From NCBI RefSeq assembly GCF_052425735.1, contig NC_135758.1:32860001-32924000 (forward strand): a DNA stretch of 64,000 bases, read 5' to 3'. Source of the DNA: Oculina patagonica. Its lineage: Eukaryota. Below, in pieces: positions 48,827 through 64,000 of this stretch. Numbering within the stretch: position 1 is the stretch's first letter; each line of letters opens with the position of its first letter. Under the pieces are notes generated by a model. The model did not search any database and was not told the DNA's origin. It saw only the letters and a list, made by a program, of their open reading frames with translations. Position numbers and translations under genes: made by a program.

Positions 48827-51800
48827 CTACACATCTCCAACAATTTCAGGTCCCAGGACTTTCATTGCAGTGCCAACAAGATGCAAACTGCCTCCTATTA
48901 GAACTTGAAGCCTTGACGCCTGCGAAATGAAGTCTGGTAATGGCAGACCACCTGGAGAAAATGCCGGTATACAAGGATCCCTGCCACCAACTAGCCACCG
49001 AATAGCTTGAGATACGCAAGGAAATATCGTAGAATAAGGACCATCGTCATGTCCATTTTTTATCACATGATCATCCTCTGTTGAGTCCTGTGATGGGTTA
49101 GCATGTGCTTGGAAGCCTGCTCCTCTCAGAGCCATCCAAACGCGCTGATTTTCCACACACCATCGCAGCTGGCTATCACGAGTTACAGTAAAGTTGGTTA
49201 AATCTAAGATATGAATGATGACATGGCTGTAAATTAATCTGGGCTAAAATAATATTAGTCAATTATTAATATCTATCACCCAGTTTTAAAGACAAGTACA
49301 AAAAAAAAAACAAAAAAACAAAGTCACCTTTTCAGGTTTAACTTTTTAATCAAATCACAGTGTTAAAAAATCACGGAAATCACCCAACTTAAATGAAGTT
49401 ATGTTGTGATTAACACTTCAGGTTTTACCCTGACATGATTATATAGCAGACTGTGTACTATGCATGTGCCTCTTTGGCTATCTGTTATCTCATATCCAAA
49501 GTGCACTCATTGAATCATTTATTGTTAACTGACATCTACCAGTTCTTGACCAAAACGGGAAAGGAATACAAAAAGCAACAAAAAGGTTTACATATCTACC
49601 TGAATCAGTATCACTGTTTTTCAAGTTCAAATTTACAGTGTTGGGGCAGAAAATTGCGTGATCAATGTTGCATTCCTGGAACAGAATTTTGAGAACATGA
49701 GCCATTCAATTTCATGAGAAAATTTACTTATTATAAATACAACAACTGTAGCTGTATCAAAAAATAAGAGACCAGTCATTATTTTAAGGGGGGAGGGCTG
49801 TTGTAAATAGAGCAAGGTTATGCTCAAATTCTCACGACGCTTCCCTTTTATGAAACACATTTTTCGCTGACCCTCCCCTTCTTACTCACTCACTCCCTTA
49901 AACCTCCCTAGTATGCGAGCATAAATTTATGTGGCCCTGCTTTTTCCCTGTATAAAAATGATTGACCCTCCCCACATTTGCACCAGCCCTCCCAACCCTC
50001 TAAATAATGACCGGTCCCTGAAACAACCTAGCTTATAAACTTGCTTCAGTTTCAGAACTGAAAAAGTATCTTTAAGAACACTATTTAAAAGAATCTATTG
50101 CAGTTGTCTCTTGAACATAGTGGTTGCTTGCAAGTAACATTTTAACTTTGCAAATTGACCACAGTATCAAAACTGCTTTAATGAGCAACAATACAGTATG
50201 TCAGTAGTTTTTTCAGAAACTAACCACTTTTCTTGCTTTACCGTCATTATCAATCTATCCTGGTGAAGGAGTGTGCCTATAGATTAGTGCTTTAAGCATT
50301 TGAGCATCAATGGCAAAAGGGTGTGCCTATCACACCTTTAAATAACTAAGAACATGTGACAAAGGGGTGGACAACCCACCAAAAAACTACTGGTCCTCCA
50401 CTGGGGTTGGGCACGGGGCTAATCACCTCGCTCCGTAAAACATTCACTGATTTGAGGCACTGATTATAATGAACTGCTGCACTTCAGATGATACTTTTAT
50501 TAGCTGGGATGAGAAAGTATTTTGTACTTGCTTCACACCCTAGCCAATAAAAACTTAGTACATACCATAATTGGTTTGAGAAGACTGTTAGGATCCCGAT
50601 CACCAGTCAGGTTGAATAGCAACACACGAGTAACACTGCCACTGTTTGTGATAAAACAATTGACAGCAGTCAAAAACTTTACAAATGATATTGTGAGGTG
50701 AGGTGATTTGAGGTAAGACCTTTGAGGTGGTGTGGAGGTGAAACCTGTGAAGTAAGGTGGGGTGGGGTGAGGTGAGATGAGGTCGGGTGGGGTGAGGTGA
50801 GACCTGTGAGATAGGGTGAGGTGAGACCTGTAAGGTGAGATGAGGTGAGGTGGGGTGGGGGTGGGATTAGGTGAGACATGGGAGGTGGGGTGGGGTGGGA
50901 TTAGGCGAGACATGGGAGGCGGGTTGGGGTGAGATTAGGTGCATTAAGGTAAGACGTGTAGGTGGGGTGGGGTGGGATTAGGTAAGGTGAGACCTGTGAG
51001 GTGGTATGTGGTAGAAAGTAAGGTATGGTGTACATCACCACAAAAAAAATATTCTTCAAAAGCATTACCTTTCATTTTGCTTTTCCTCATCTGCTCTCTT
51101 TTTAAACCACTTTACACAAGCCTGAAAACAAAGATGAAGCAAATGCATTAGACAAATTACAATTCTTCACAGTTTAATTGTAATTCTCTTTTAGGAATAA
51201 AAATTTTAAAAACCAAAGGTTATCTGCCTTGGGAAACTAGGAGTGAATACATTCAAAATACAATAAAATACTATAATATTTTAAGCTGTAACTACTACTG
51301 AAAACATCTGTTCAATATATTTAAAAGAAAAATGTCTCAACTCCAGTCAGGAGCTTCTCATAACATTCATGTACCTCCATACTCTTTGGGGTGTGTGCAC
51401 CATCCAGATAGAATGAGACTCGAGGTCTGACAATGACCTGATTTCGTCCACACCATTTGGTATTCTTCAGACCTTGTAAATTTCAAAAAGTGGGAAACAG
51501 AAAATTAAAAAAATCAAATTTTAATAAATTATATGATAATGATTTGACATGGAATATAATACTGCTATGCCCATAAAACTGGATCGTCACAAAGTGCGAG
51601 GCAGCGAGGTGTATGATTCATTCTGGTTAGCCTAAATATTACATACCTGCCAACTCTCCCGGTTTTCCCAGGAGTCTCCAAGTTTTTCATAAAATATCCC
51701 AGTCTGATTTTTGGAGAGTATTCCGACATTGTTGAAAATAACATTCTTACAATGCAAAGATTTCTAGATGTCTCCAGATTTTTGTACGCTGGTGGTTGGC

Positions 51801-54800
51801 AGGTATCATAGCACTCCGGTGGCATGACTCTCACAACTGGCTGCCTCGCACATTTGTAAGACTTTTTACTTTCTGAGATTCGAATGGAACTAGGTTACTT
51901 GGAAAAAGTATCCTTACCACTTCGTAAAGCTTCAGAAACTTCAAACGTTTTAGCAAGAGGAACCTCAACTTTGGCTTTTTTAGCTGCAGGTTCATCAGCA
52001 AACTGGCCATTACTAGTTGACTCAGTTGCGCTTGTTTGCTTTTCTTCACCTGAAGAATAAAATAGCAAAAGCCAAATTCAATTTCATGGAAAAACTTTTC
52101 CATTTTTCAGACAGAAAATCACAGTTTTTAAGTCTCTTAATAGTTATTAGTGCATGGGCGGGAGGGGGGGGGGTTAACAAGATTGTGTGGGGGTTATTAT
52201 TTTGGGAAGCTAAGTAGGGGGAAGGGAGGGGGGATTACAACAAGTTATGGGCAAAAAATAAAAGAATTCAGGGTGAATTACTGGGGGGATGTTACATTGC
52301 CTACCAACAAGGACGGGGAGGGGGAAGGGGTGGGATGGTAATATTTGGATGCCATTCCAAGTGATTTTCAGTCTTGTCAAGGCTGATTATTTCAAAAGCG
52401 CATGTTGGATATGAGATGGTAGATAGCCAATGAGGCGATCTAATATTCAACAAGAGCGAGTGGAATAATTGTTTTATTGAAAACGCCCTAAGAATTGCAT
52501 TATTTGAGCTCCCCAGCTGTTTTTGTATATGAATTTCGTATATGATGGTATATGATTTCATATACCATTGCCTGTTAATCAATCAAAATGCAGGAATTGC
52601 AATATACCATTGTTAGTTATTTATAATAAATGGTATAACACTTAGGAAGACTTAGGAAGACCTCATGTATTGATCCCTCATTTAACTCCTCGCAGATTCA
52701 AGCCTTATAATAACAGTGCACAATCATGTGAAAAAGAAACAGAATTTAACCTTCAAGAGTTTTGTCTATCTTCTGTGTTCGTTGTAACCAAGTTTGACAA
52801 AGCTGAAGGGCCAGTGATGCATTCAAGAACTGATGCTGTCCTTCCAGGCCAAGATCTGTGAAAGACACATGTACAAAAATAAAGAACATGCAGGCAGAAT
52901 ATACAGTCAGAGTTAAACTGAGCTGTTAGTCTGACCAAAGATTCTTATCACTTTTTCAATAAGCAGTATTTTTCCATGTGAGGCTTTAAGAAACTCCCAG
53001 AGGAGGTACTTGGGATTTTAAGTGACAGGGATGATCAAATGGGGGCAAAAATCAAGACCCCAAAAAATCCCAAGGGCTTCCAACAAAGCCCAAAAAAATC
53101 CCTGGACAAAAAATTAACCCCCAAAACATCCCATGCCAAATTTCTGACCTTTAAATTTCCAGACAGGGGGAATAATATAACACAAAAAAAATCATTACCG
53201 CTAGGCAGCCAAGGCACTAGCACAAATCTTTAGATTGTTTTTAATAACACCCCAAATCCCTTCTTTAATCAAGCCACCCAACAAAATACTTGCCAAATTT
53301 TCCTACCCAAAAAGTCCCAGAATTGAAAATTTTAACCCCCCAAAAAATCCTTCGATCATCCCTGTCGCTTGAAATCCCAAGTACCCCTTCTCCCCCCGGA
53401 AGAAACTACAATAAGGAATTATGGTAAAGGTTGAGTCTGATAAAGCTAGGGCTGAAACTACTGCAAAAAGTGAACTAGTATAATGATGTTGTGAAATTAC
53501 CTGGTAATTTTCCTGGATACTGCTCAAGCGATGGAACAACACAAAGAGGAGCCTGTAAAAAATACAGAGTAACATTCTCTTGTAAAAGACATGACCAACA
53601 ACATAACTTCTTCACGGACTGTTCATTTATTAAATTACCTCTAATTCTTTTGCTCTGTTAGCCACAACAGTCATGGCATTTTCTGGCTGTGGGACAGAAA
53701 AGGCTGGCACCCCTGACTAAAAAAAGAAAAACATCACAATATTTAGTCATCAGTTCCAAAAATTACAAACATATTTTCTCCATATAATGTTTGTGGTAAG
53801 AATTGTTGTTCCACAGTTCTCGTTGTGATGGTGTCTGGTGGTTGCCAATCACAGGGTTGTCATGGTTACCCTATATGCTGGGCTTGTAATCTGGGCCCGG
53901 TTGTTCGAAAGCCGATTAACACTAACCCAAGATTAAAAGTTGATTGAGGGTTCAATTTCTCTTGTATAAAAGTGTTTTTATTGCTTATGTTTTGTGGAGT
54001 TTGAGATAAGTTGACTTCAAAACTGGAAGACAAAAAAATATAAACAGAAAAACCTCACTGAACATTGAAAAACTGAAATCAAAATTCACACTAATCCTGG
54101 ATTAGCTTAATCGTGCTTTGAACAACCCGGCCCTGGACAGTCCTCAGTAACCTTCTAAACTAGGAGGTTGAATCAACTGTTAGTATCAGTTATTTTCTAC
54201 ACCATCATATTGGCTTGTCATAAATCACTACCTTGAATATCCCTGCCTTCTGCCAGGCAATATTCTCCAAAGTCCCACCCAGCGTGCTGACGTGGTCCAT
54301 ACCGAGGGATGTCACTCCACAAACCACAGGTTTCCTTGAGAAACAGATTTCATAAATAGCATTTCAATTTTACAGTACAAAACCCTTGATTTGTCAAATC
54401 TCCCAATAACTCGAAAATAAACAATTCAATTTTACCACCCATTCCCCAAACTCCTGATATGTCCAACCAATCTTTCCCTTGGAGGTTCGAGAAATCAACC
54501 ATCTACACAAAATTAATAATCTTTCTCGTATATCAAATATATTACATAAAAACAAAGAAATATATTAAGGGGGCTCACAATAGTTTTAAGGTTTTCCAGC
54601 ACTTTTACATTTGAGAGATTCAATAAAACAAAATAACATTTATTTTTACAATTTCTTGGGAATAGCTACTAGCTCGATCGTCAGTGAACCGAAATATAAT
54701 CATATGCCGTCATCACCTGTTACCATAGCAACAGGATATGGGTGTAAATAGGAGCCATCATGGAGCTTCTAACCGTAATGGCGCAAAAATTAACTCGGTG

Positions 54801-57800
54801 ACCCCTATTTTTCTGAATCTTATCCAATTCTACATAAAAAGGGGAGCAATTATAAAGAGTTAAAAAAAATTCTCTGGAGCAGATTTTATGTAATAATTAC
54901 TCAAAACCGTAATTTTTGACTGGCTAAAAATCCGGTCCAGAGAATTTTTTTAAATTTCACCTGTAGTTTTCTCTCAGGCCATACTACCTAATTTTGAAAT
55001 AAAAAAGTGGGGTCACCGGACTTGTTTTTCAGTTAAATTACTTCGCGTTTCAAGAAAAGCCACGCGTGATCCACGCGCGTTTAAAAATCTGGCCTTTACA
55101 AGATCCCGTCTTTCGCATGCGTAAACGTTGTCCGCTGGTCAATGCCCTCGATTTGCTTAGAAAAGTCGCTTGCTGGCTTTCATATTTATCAGTCATTAAG
55201 TTGGCCTGTAAATCGAAGTGCCGTCAGACAAAGCCGCTTAAGGAAAGATAGAGAAGTAAACGTGTATTGCATGCTTTAGCTCTCGGGAATTTCGTAGGTT
55301 TGGTTGGAAGTCCACTCCGGGGTCTACACGATCGATCGCAGCGCATACATAAAATTTTCTCCTCGGCACCATGTATGCTGATCGGCAAACATTTTTTTTT
55401 TTCAGCTAATAGTAACAATAAAGACTCTTCGCGGCTAAAAATGTCGTGAAAACGTGATTTTCTCTGAAAACTGGACAAAAATAGACTTCGACAAAAAATT
55501 TACACACCGCCATGTTTGTTTTTCTTTTTCATGGCTGAAAAATCCCGCGAGTGACGCGCGTGATTCGCGAGGTTTGGACCCAGGCCTCAGGCGACCGTAA
55601 AACTATTGTGAGCCTCCTTAATTTATTAAGTTAGTGAGAATATTGGAACTAATCACCAGTAAGAACTGCTAATGATTCAAGTCTTCCAACTAGAACATGT
55701 ATAAAGGTCCTTTTGTACTTCACCAAAGACAAAATTAATGAAAACAGAAACTGAGGATTGTACCTGATAATATTTGTGGAATCATAAGCACCTCCAATAC
55801 CAACTTCAAGAATAACAACATCAACCTTAAAGGCAAGCCAAGAATTTTAAAATAACTTTTCTTAATTAAAATTCAAGAGAAACAGAATATAAAAATTCAC
55901 GATAAGATAAGAATGAGTTTAACACAAACAAACTGCAGCCTGGGTTGCACACTTTCAAGATTCTCCCTCTTCCCCCCCTCCCCCCCCCCCTCCCCCCCCC
56001 TCCTTCCCTCCCTCCTTTCCACTCTCTCCCAGCAGGGCTGTCAGTGGGTTTTTGAGTAGCAGGTTCCATCCAAAACATAGAGGGCTACAAAACACTAAGA
56101 ACTTGATAACACACACTCAGAACTGACCTACTAATATTCCGAGTAGCCGGCACAGTATTTGGAATAGCTGGTGAAATGCATCAGTTGCCGGCTTATTTTG
56201 ACAACCCTGCCCAGCCCCATTCCCTGCCTCCCTCACACCCACCCTCCCTCCCTCAGTCAATTTATACCTTCAGCTTACCTTCTCTTGAAGAAAGACATGA
56301 AAAGACATCAAGGTCAAGAATCTGAAGTACGCTGGCATGCTACTCTTCCCTTCTTCCTACAAAATCAGCAAGCTAACATTTTATCAAGTTATATTGAGGC
56401 TTATTTAGGATAACTGTATTTGTTTATTGATGTTTCCAGTAAGCATCAACCCCAGTTTAATGACAACAGACATGATAGTAATACCGTAAAAATTAATAAT
56501 AATTTTAATAATCATCATGAGCATCATAAGTACCGGTAAATAAAAACCTCTTTAGCTAGAATTTGGAAATAGGTTCTAATTTTCTAAAAGCGATTTGAAA
56601 TATTTACTTTTTAGGGAAACGAGATAAGCAGACATTCTGGATCCTCTAATAGTTTTTTCACATAAATATATAAATGAGTAAATAATAAAGATGGTAGATA
56701 GTATGCAAATTTCATATAAGGGAAAGGCTGAATACCACTAAAAATTCTATTAGAAACAATGTAAATGTTTCTTCAGACGATAAGAATCTATAAAGAACCT
56801 GAATAGCCAAACTTTTTGCTGATTACCATTAATGTAAGAGCTTGTTTAGGCTAACTTAGGAAAACACAGGTTCTTACTCAGGAGTTTTTACTGTAAATAT
56901 TACACAAAAACACTCACTTGATTACTCACATCACCATTATTTAAGAGGTTATCCCAGCAGTCAAAAAAATATTTTGAAAACTTTTCTTTGGATAATGGTT
57001 TCCCATTGATTCTGATCCTCTCTCTGACCTCCATTAAATGTGGTGAGCTAAAAGCATAAGAACAGTACCATTTACGACACCAATTAAAAAAATAAAAACA
57101 TATATATGTCAGTCAACTCTATCAAAGCAGACATCACATCTGCAAGGCAGACATGGGTGACTGTTGGCTTCCAAGACCCATGCACAGGGGCAGATACAGG
57201 ATTTTTATTAGGAGGGGGTGCGCAACAAAAACAAAAAATTCATTATTTATCACCGAGCATAGAATTTACCAACTTTATTATTTACTACACTCTTGATGAT
57301 TTCGACATTGCTGATCCTAGCAGTATGCAAGATGCATGTCACATAAAGAAAATGGCCCAGCTCACCACAAGTCTCTCATAGCACAGTTGGTCGGAGTGCC
57401 CAACCGGTATCTGGGAGGCCATGGGTTTGATTCCCGTCGGGGCCTCAGAATTTTTCTTTGTCCCATGCTCGTGTCATTGTTGAAAAATTCATCTTCATTA
57501 AAAAAACTGCAGTTGTATTAGAAAGCTGCAGGTCATCTAAGGGCAGGGGGGGGGGGTTTGCACGCCCTGAACCCTCCCCCTAGATCTGCCCCTGATGCAC
57601 CAACTAAATTCCACTGCATTGTCTTAAAACTCAGGTACACAAATGGACAGTGGACACTTTTTAAGCAATAAAAATTACTGCAGTTTTCCTGCATTCTGCA
57701 AGCTCCGCAACTTCATTTTTTTAACATTTCCACTCTACAAAGTTATTAAATGACTGCTATGATCAATTTTTAGTGTACCTATAGAATCCTGTCTTGAAGC

Positions 57801-59232
57801 CTTTATGACGAAGCATACTTTCACAGAATGCACAAGTTGAGCCCTTAACAAAAATCGAAAACATCATTAGTTTAATTTCCCAGACCTGGTCAAATAAAAA
57901 AAATACAAAATTAAAGTTGTACCTTTCCCTTTGTGCCACTGATATGGATAATAGATAGATTATCCAGGTCCTCCATCTACAGAAACAAAATTTGTTGTTT
58001 AGTTGTCAGTGTCCCAAAGTGGGGAAGGGGATGTGGTCGGGGCCCTTCCTGCCCTGGAGCCTAAACTTTTCCTCATGTAGTTTTGAGAAGTTGAAGCCCT
58101 TATTTTGCCGCAGAATAAGAAGCCATAAAAATGTATGTCGCACAGCCCAGAGCCTTGTTCTGGATTGAGGACTGGCATATTTCCACATGATATGAGTGTT
58201 TGTATTGGCAGGTCATGCAAACTGTTGTCAGATAATTGGCAAGGAGCACCACTTTTTGCAAAACAATTGTGACAACTCCATGTTTTATCAAAAGCAGTGC
58301 TAGAGTCATATTTTCTAAATTGGTCAAAGTTGCACAATAAAAATGTCACATGACATGATCCCGTTGGTGGGACGTTCATAATATAACCTCCGTAAAACAG
58401 TTCTGTGGCCAACCAAGAGTATGCTCATTTCAAGTTTGGACCCGTCTCGTCAAGTACAAGGCAAGTTGTACAAAATGCAATACATGATGATCATCGTGTT
58501 TTATGTGAGCGGTTGTTTTTGGTACATCGCTTTCAAACAACTGAACCCCATCGGTTCCTGAAAAATATTGATCATGATTGCCGGCAACTAAGCCCTGCAG
58601 TGAAATATTTGTAAACAAAATGACCATAAATTTACGCGCCAAAAATAAATTTGTCACGAAAGTAAAATAACGTCACGTGAAATGAACATGAAAGGTGAAC
58701 AAAACCAATTTCAAGCTGTACTAAGCACAGTAGGTCAATGTTTCTAAGATATAAAGAACACGAAATTAAATGAATTACACTCATTTGAAGTGGTCAATTT
58801 AAAAACAAACAAAACAGCTTTACTTTAACACCAGCTCGTTCTGTGAAGCCCATCATTTCAGGCAGGTTGTTGTGAACAAGTCGGCCTCGACTGCGACGAA
58901 TCTGCTCCAAGACTTGAGCGTTTGTTTGAAGTGAGTTGAGTTTCTTCACTGCGTCCTACAACAAATACACCAAAAGATATCAGTAAAAGCGCAATTTATA
59001 ACTTTAAGGATGGTTTTACAGTAATGAAGTTTCAAACAAGGACTGCGCCATTTGCACGAAAATCGGTATGAGCAATTTGTGTCCCTTGCTTTGCAAGCCG
59101 TTTAAAGAAAAACGCAAACTGCAAAGTAAATGTTTTTCTTACTTCGTAACCCCTCTGTTGCATGATTTCTGCCGATAGTTGAATCGCAGTGGCAAAGCGA
59201 CGAGAAACCATGGATTTCAAAATCGTCACCAT
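48827..59232 (-). CDS. FPGS: Folylpolyglutamate synthase, multi-exon
   Basis: [100 protein letters not shown]. Confidence 0.94.
50693..51030. repeat. (GGTGA/GGTGG)n pentamer low-complexity repeat in an FPGS intron
   Basis: Runs of ggtga, ggtgg and gggtg. Confidence 0.85.
53893..54134. mobile_element. MITE in FPGS intron
   Basis: gggcccggttgttcgaaagccgatta / taatcgtgctttgaacaacccggccc. Confidence 0.65.
54569..55617. mobile_element. Kolobok-type non-autonomous element (TTAA TSD, GG...CC termini) in FPGS intron
   Basis: ttaa|gggggctcacaatagtttta ... taaaactattgtgagcctcc|ttaa. Confidence 0.75.
57240..57500 (+). mobile_element. tRNA-related SINE-like repeat nested in a small TIR element (caggggcagat...atctgcccctg)
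   Basis: tagcacagttgg A-box and gggtttgattccc B-box at ~57379-57435. Confidence 0.55.
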
Positions 59233-59595
59233 GAAAAACAACAAATGTGCCTGACCCTGAACCTTCTCTTCACGTGTTCAAATGTTACGAAAGACAAATG
59301 ACGAGGGCAGCCTGGAACTAGCTTGGTACAAGGTTCACTACACGAGATTTTGCCAGACAGGGGCGGATTGGCGGATTGAAAATTCAGAAAGTGGGGAAAA
59401 CAGTTCATTCACATTTCGGTGAAACAACCACCCAGCCCCATATCCACAACAACCTCTCGAAAGATGATTGAAGTCAAAGCTCAGAGAGCTTATGGGGTCG
59501 TTATACTCTTTTTTTTTACAAATCTAAGGAAGGTGTGTGGGAGGGAGGGGTAATAATAATATAATTATAATTTATATTGGGTATACCGAATATAA

Positions 59596-59752
59596 ATAGC
59601 CCAATTTCGATATTTTAAAATTCAGCCTAAAACAATAGACATCACTATGAGGCTCCGGGGAATAAACCCCACAAAGTCTATAGTTTAGTCCGGAGCCTCG
59701 TCCTGAGGTCTATTGTGTTAGACTGAATTTTAATATGTCGAAATTGGGCTAT
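59596..59752. repeat. Short palindromic element
   Basis: aatagcccaatttcgatatt / aatatgtcgaaattgggctatt. Confidence 0.7.
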
Positions 59753-60658
59753 TCTATTATAGTATTGTGGTATCTTCTAGGGGTAAAAAAAGCTTGAGGC
59801 ACGCTCAGATTGGTCTCTTTTGGGACTTCTTTTGAAAATTTCCGACGAGCTCGCCACATTCATATGGGGAGTCTCCCCGTGTGGGTTTCGAGTTATCGGG
59901 GTCGATTGAATATTTAATTTGCCAAGTTAGTAATTGATAGTTTACTGATTTCTCAGCACTTCAGTATATAGTACACTGCAAATTTAACTTATCTCGTCAG
60001 AAACTCTAACCCAATCATAAATTCTCATGATAAGAGTGGAAAATGGCTGTCAAATACGTGATCTGTTTGTTGCTCCAATCAATGGGCATCCGTAGCAAGT
60101 TGCAAGAACCAGAATTTGTATTATATTTTCTACTTATTTTTGGCAAAATGCAATACAATGGATGTTGTTCTGCTAGATGGCAGGCTACTTTTGTCAAATT
60201 ATAAAAGTTGCTTACAGCAAAAAAATAAAAAATAAACACAAAGATGTTTTACCACCCCACACCCTCATCAACTGGACGCAAAGCTTGGCAAGGAAAAGCG
60301 ATTGTAAAAAGAGAGCAAAGGAAAGCATAGAGTATATGTACATACTAACAATCTCCAATTCCATAGATTCTTAAAACAAGAAAATAAATAAACACTTTGG
60401 TGCAACTTTATTTCACATGATCAGTAAAAAATACACACATTGAAAACAAAATTAAGAACTCAAAAACAACTGGTATGCTTATATAAACAGGTAGGTAAAA
60501 TGTCTTCGCTCCAGCGAGAATGGCGTCTTGAAATTTCTTCTTATAATACGTAAAAATGACTGGAATAATTATAGAGCAGAGAAATATTGTTCCTCTTGAT
60601 GGTCTTTGCTTTTACATGAAGTTTACATGAAACAGTAATTGAAGGTGATCTGCATCAA

Positions 60659-63632
<2,974 letters not shown>

Positions 63633-64000
63633 GTTTTTGGAGAAGAGAAGAGAACAACATTCCTTACCACACAAGAGGGAAAGTAAAAAAAAAAAACAGC
63701 AACAATCATTCTGGACATGAACAAGAAACACAACAAAACTACACTAAATTGAACTGAAATTTAAGAGAATCAGAGTATAAAAACTGAGCTGACAGTAAAC
63801 GAAGCTAAACATCCCAACCCCTTAAATATCTAAGTAGCACACTTGGATATGCACACACCTAGCACGCTAAACAAAAGAAACATAAACAAAAATCCTTTCA
63901 GCTCCAAGTTGAACTAAACTGATGCCAAAATCTGGTCGAAATTAACAAAGCAGTTACAATTCCAGATGGATCAGGGGGAGTTACATTCAATTTCCAGCAG

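Overview
AT-rich, intron-rich animal genomic DNA; the gene set and repeat families suggest an anthozoan cnidarian, probably a stony coral (inference). Gene order: 3' end of an uncharacterised secreted-protein gene (+, partial), its tandem paralogue (+, 4 exons), RPL7A (-) head-to-head with MED22 (+), a (6-4) photolyase (-) head-to-head with DCTN3 (+) across only 99 bp, a DMRT/DMA-domain gene (+), FPGS (-) and the 3' part of DDX39/UAP56 (-). Mobile DNA includes a full-length Merlin transposon, two Kolobok-type TTAA elements, a CR1/L2-type LINE fragment, two Penelope-like GIY-YIG fragments with hammerhead ribozyme motifs, tRNA-derived SINEs and many MITEs. The most unusual feature is an unclassified repeat family present at two loci (2538-5663 and 20887-24361). 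At each locus it forms an inverted-plus-tandem array, and three of the four array ends stop at the same internal position. The second array sits between identical 123-bp direct repeats just 3' of the photolyase stop codon. Also notable: a perfect D-box plus E'-box in the photolyase/DCTN3 promoter, and a Penelope-like fragment whose terminal repeat starts exactly at the predicted ribozyme cleavage site. All coordinates were read by eye, and no database searches were run.
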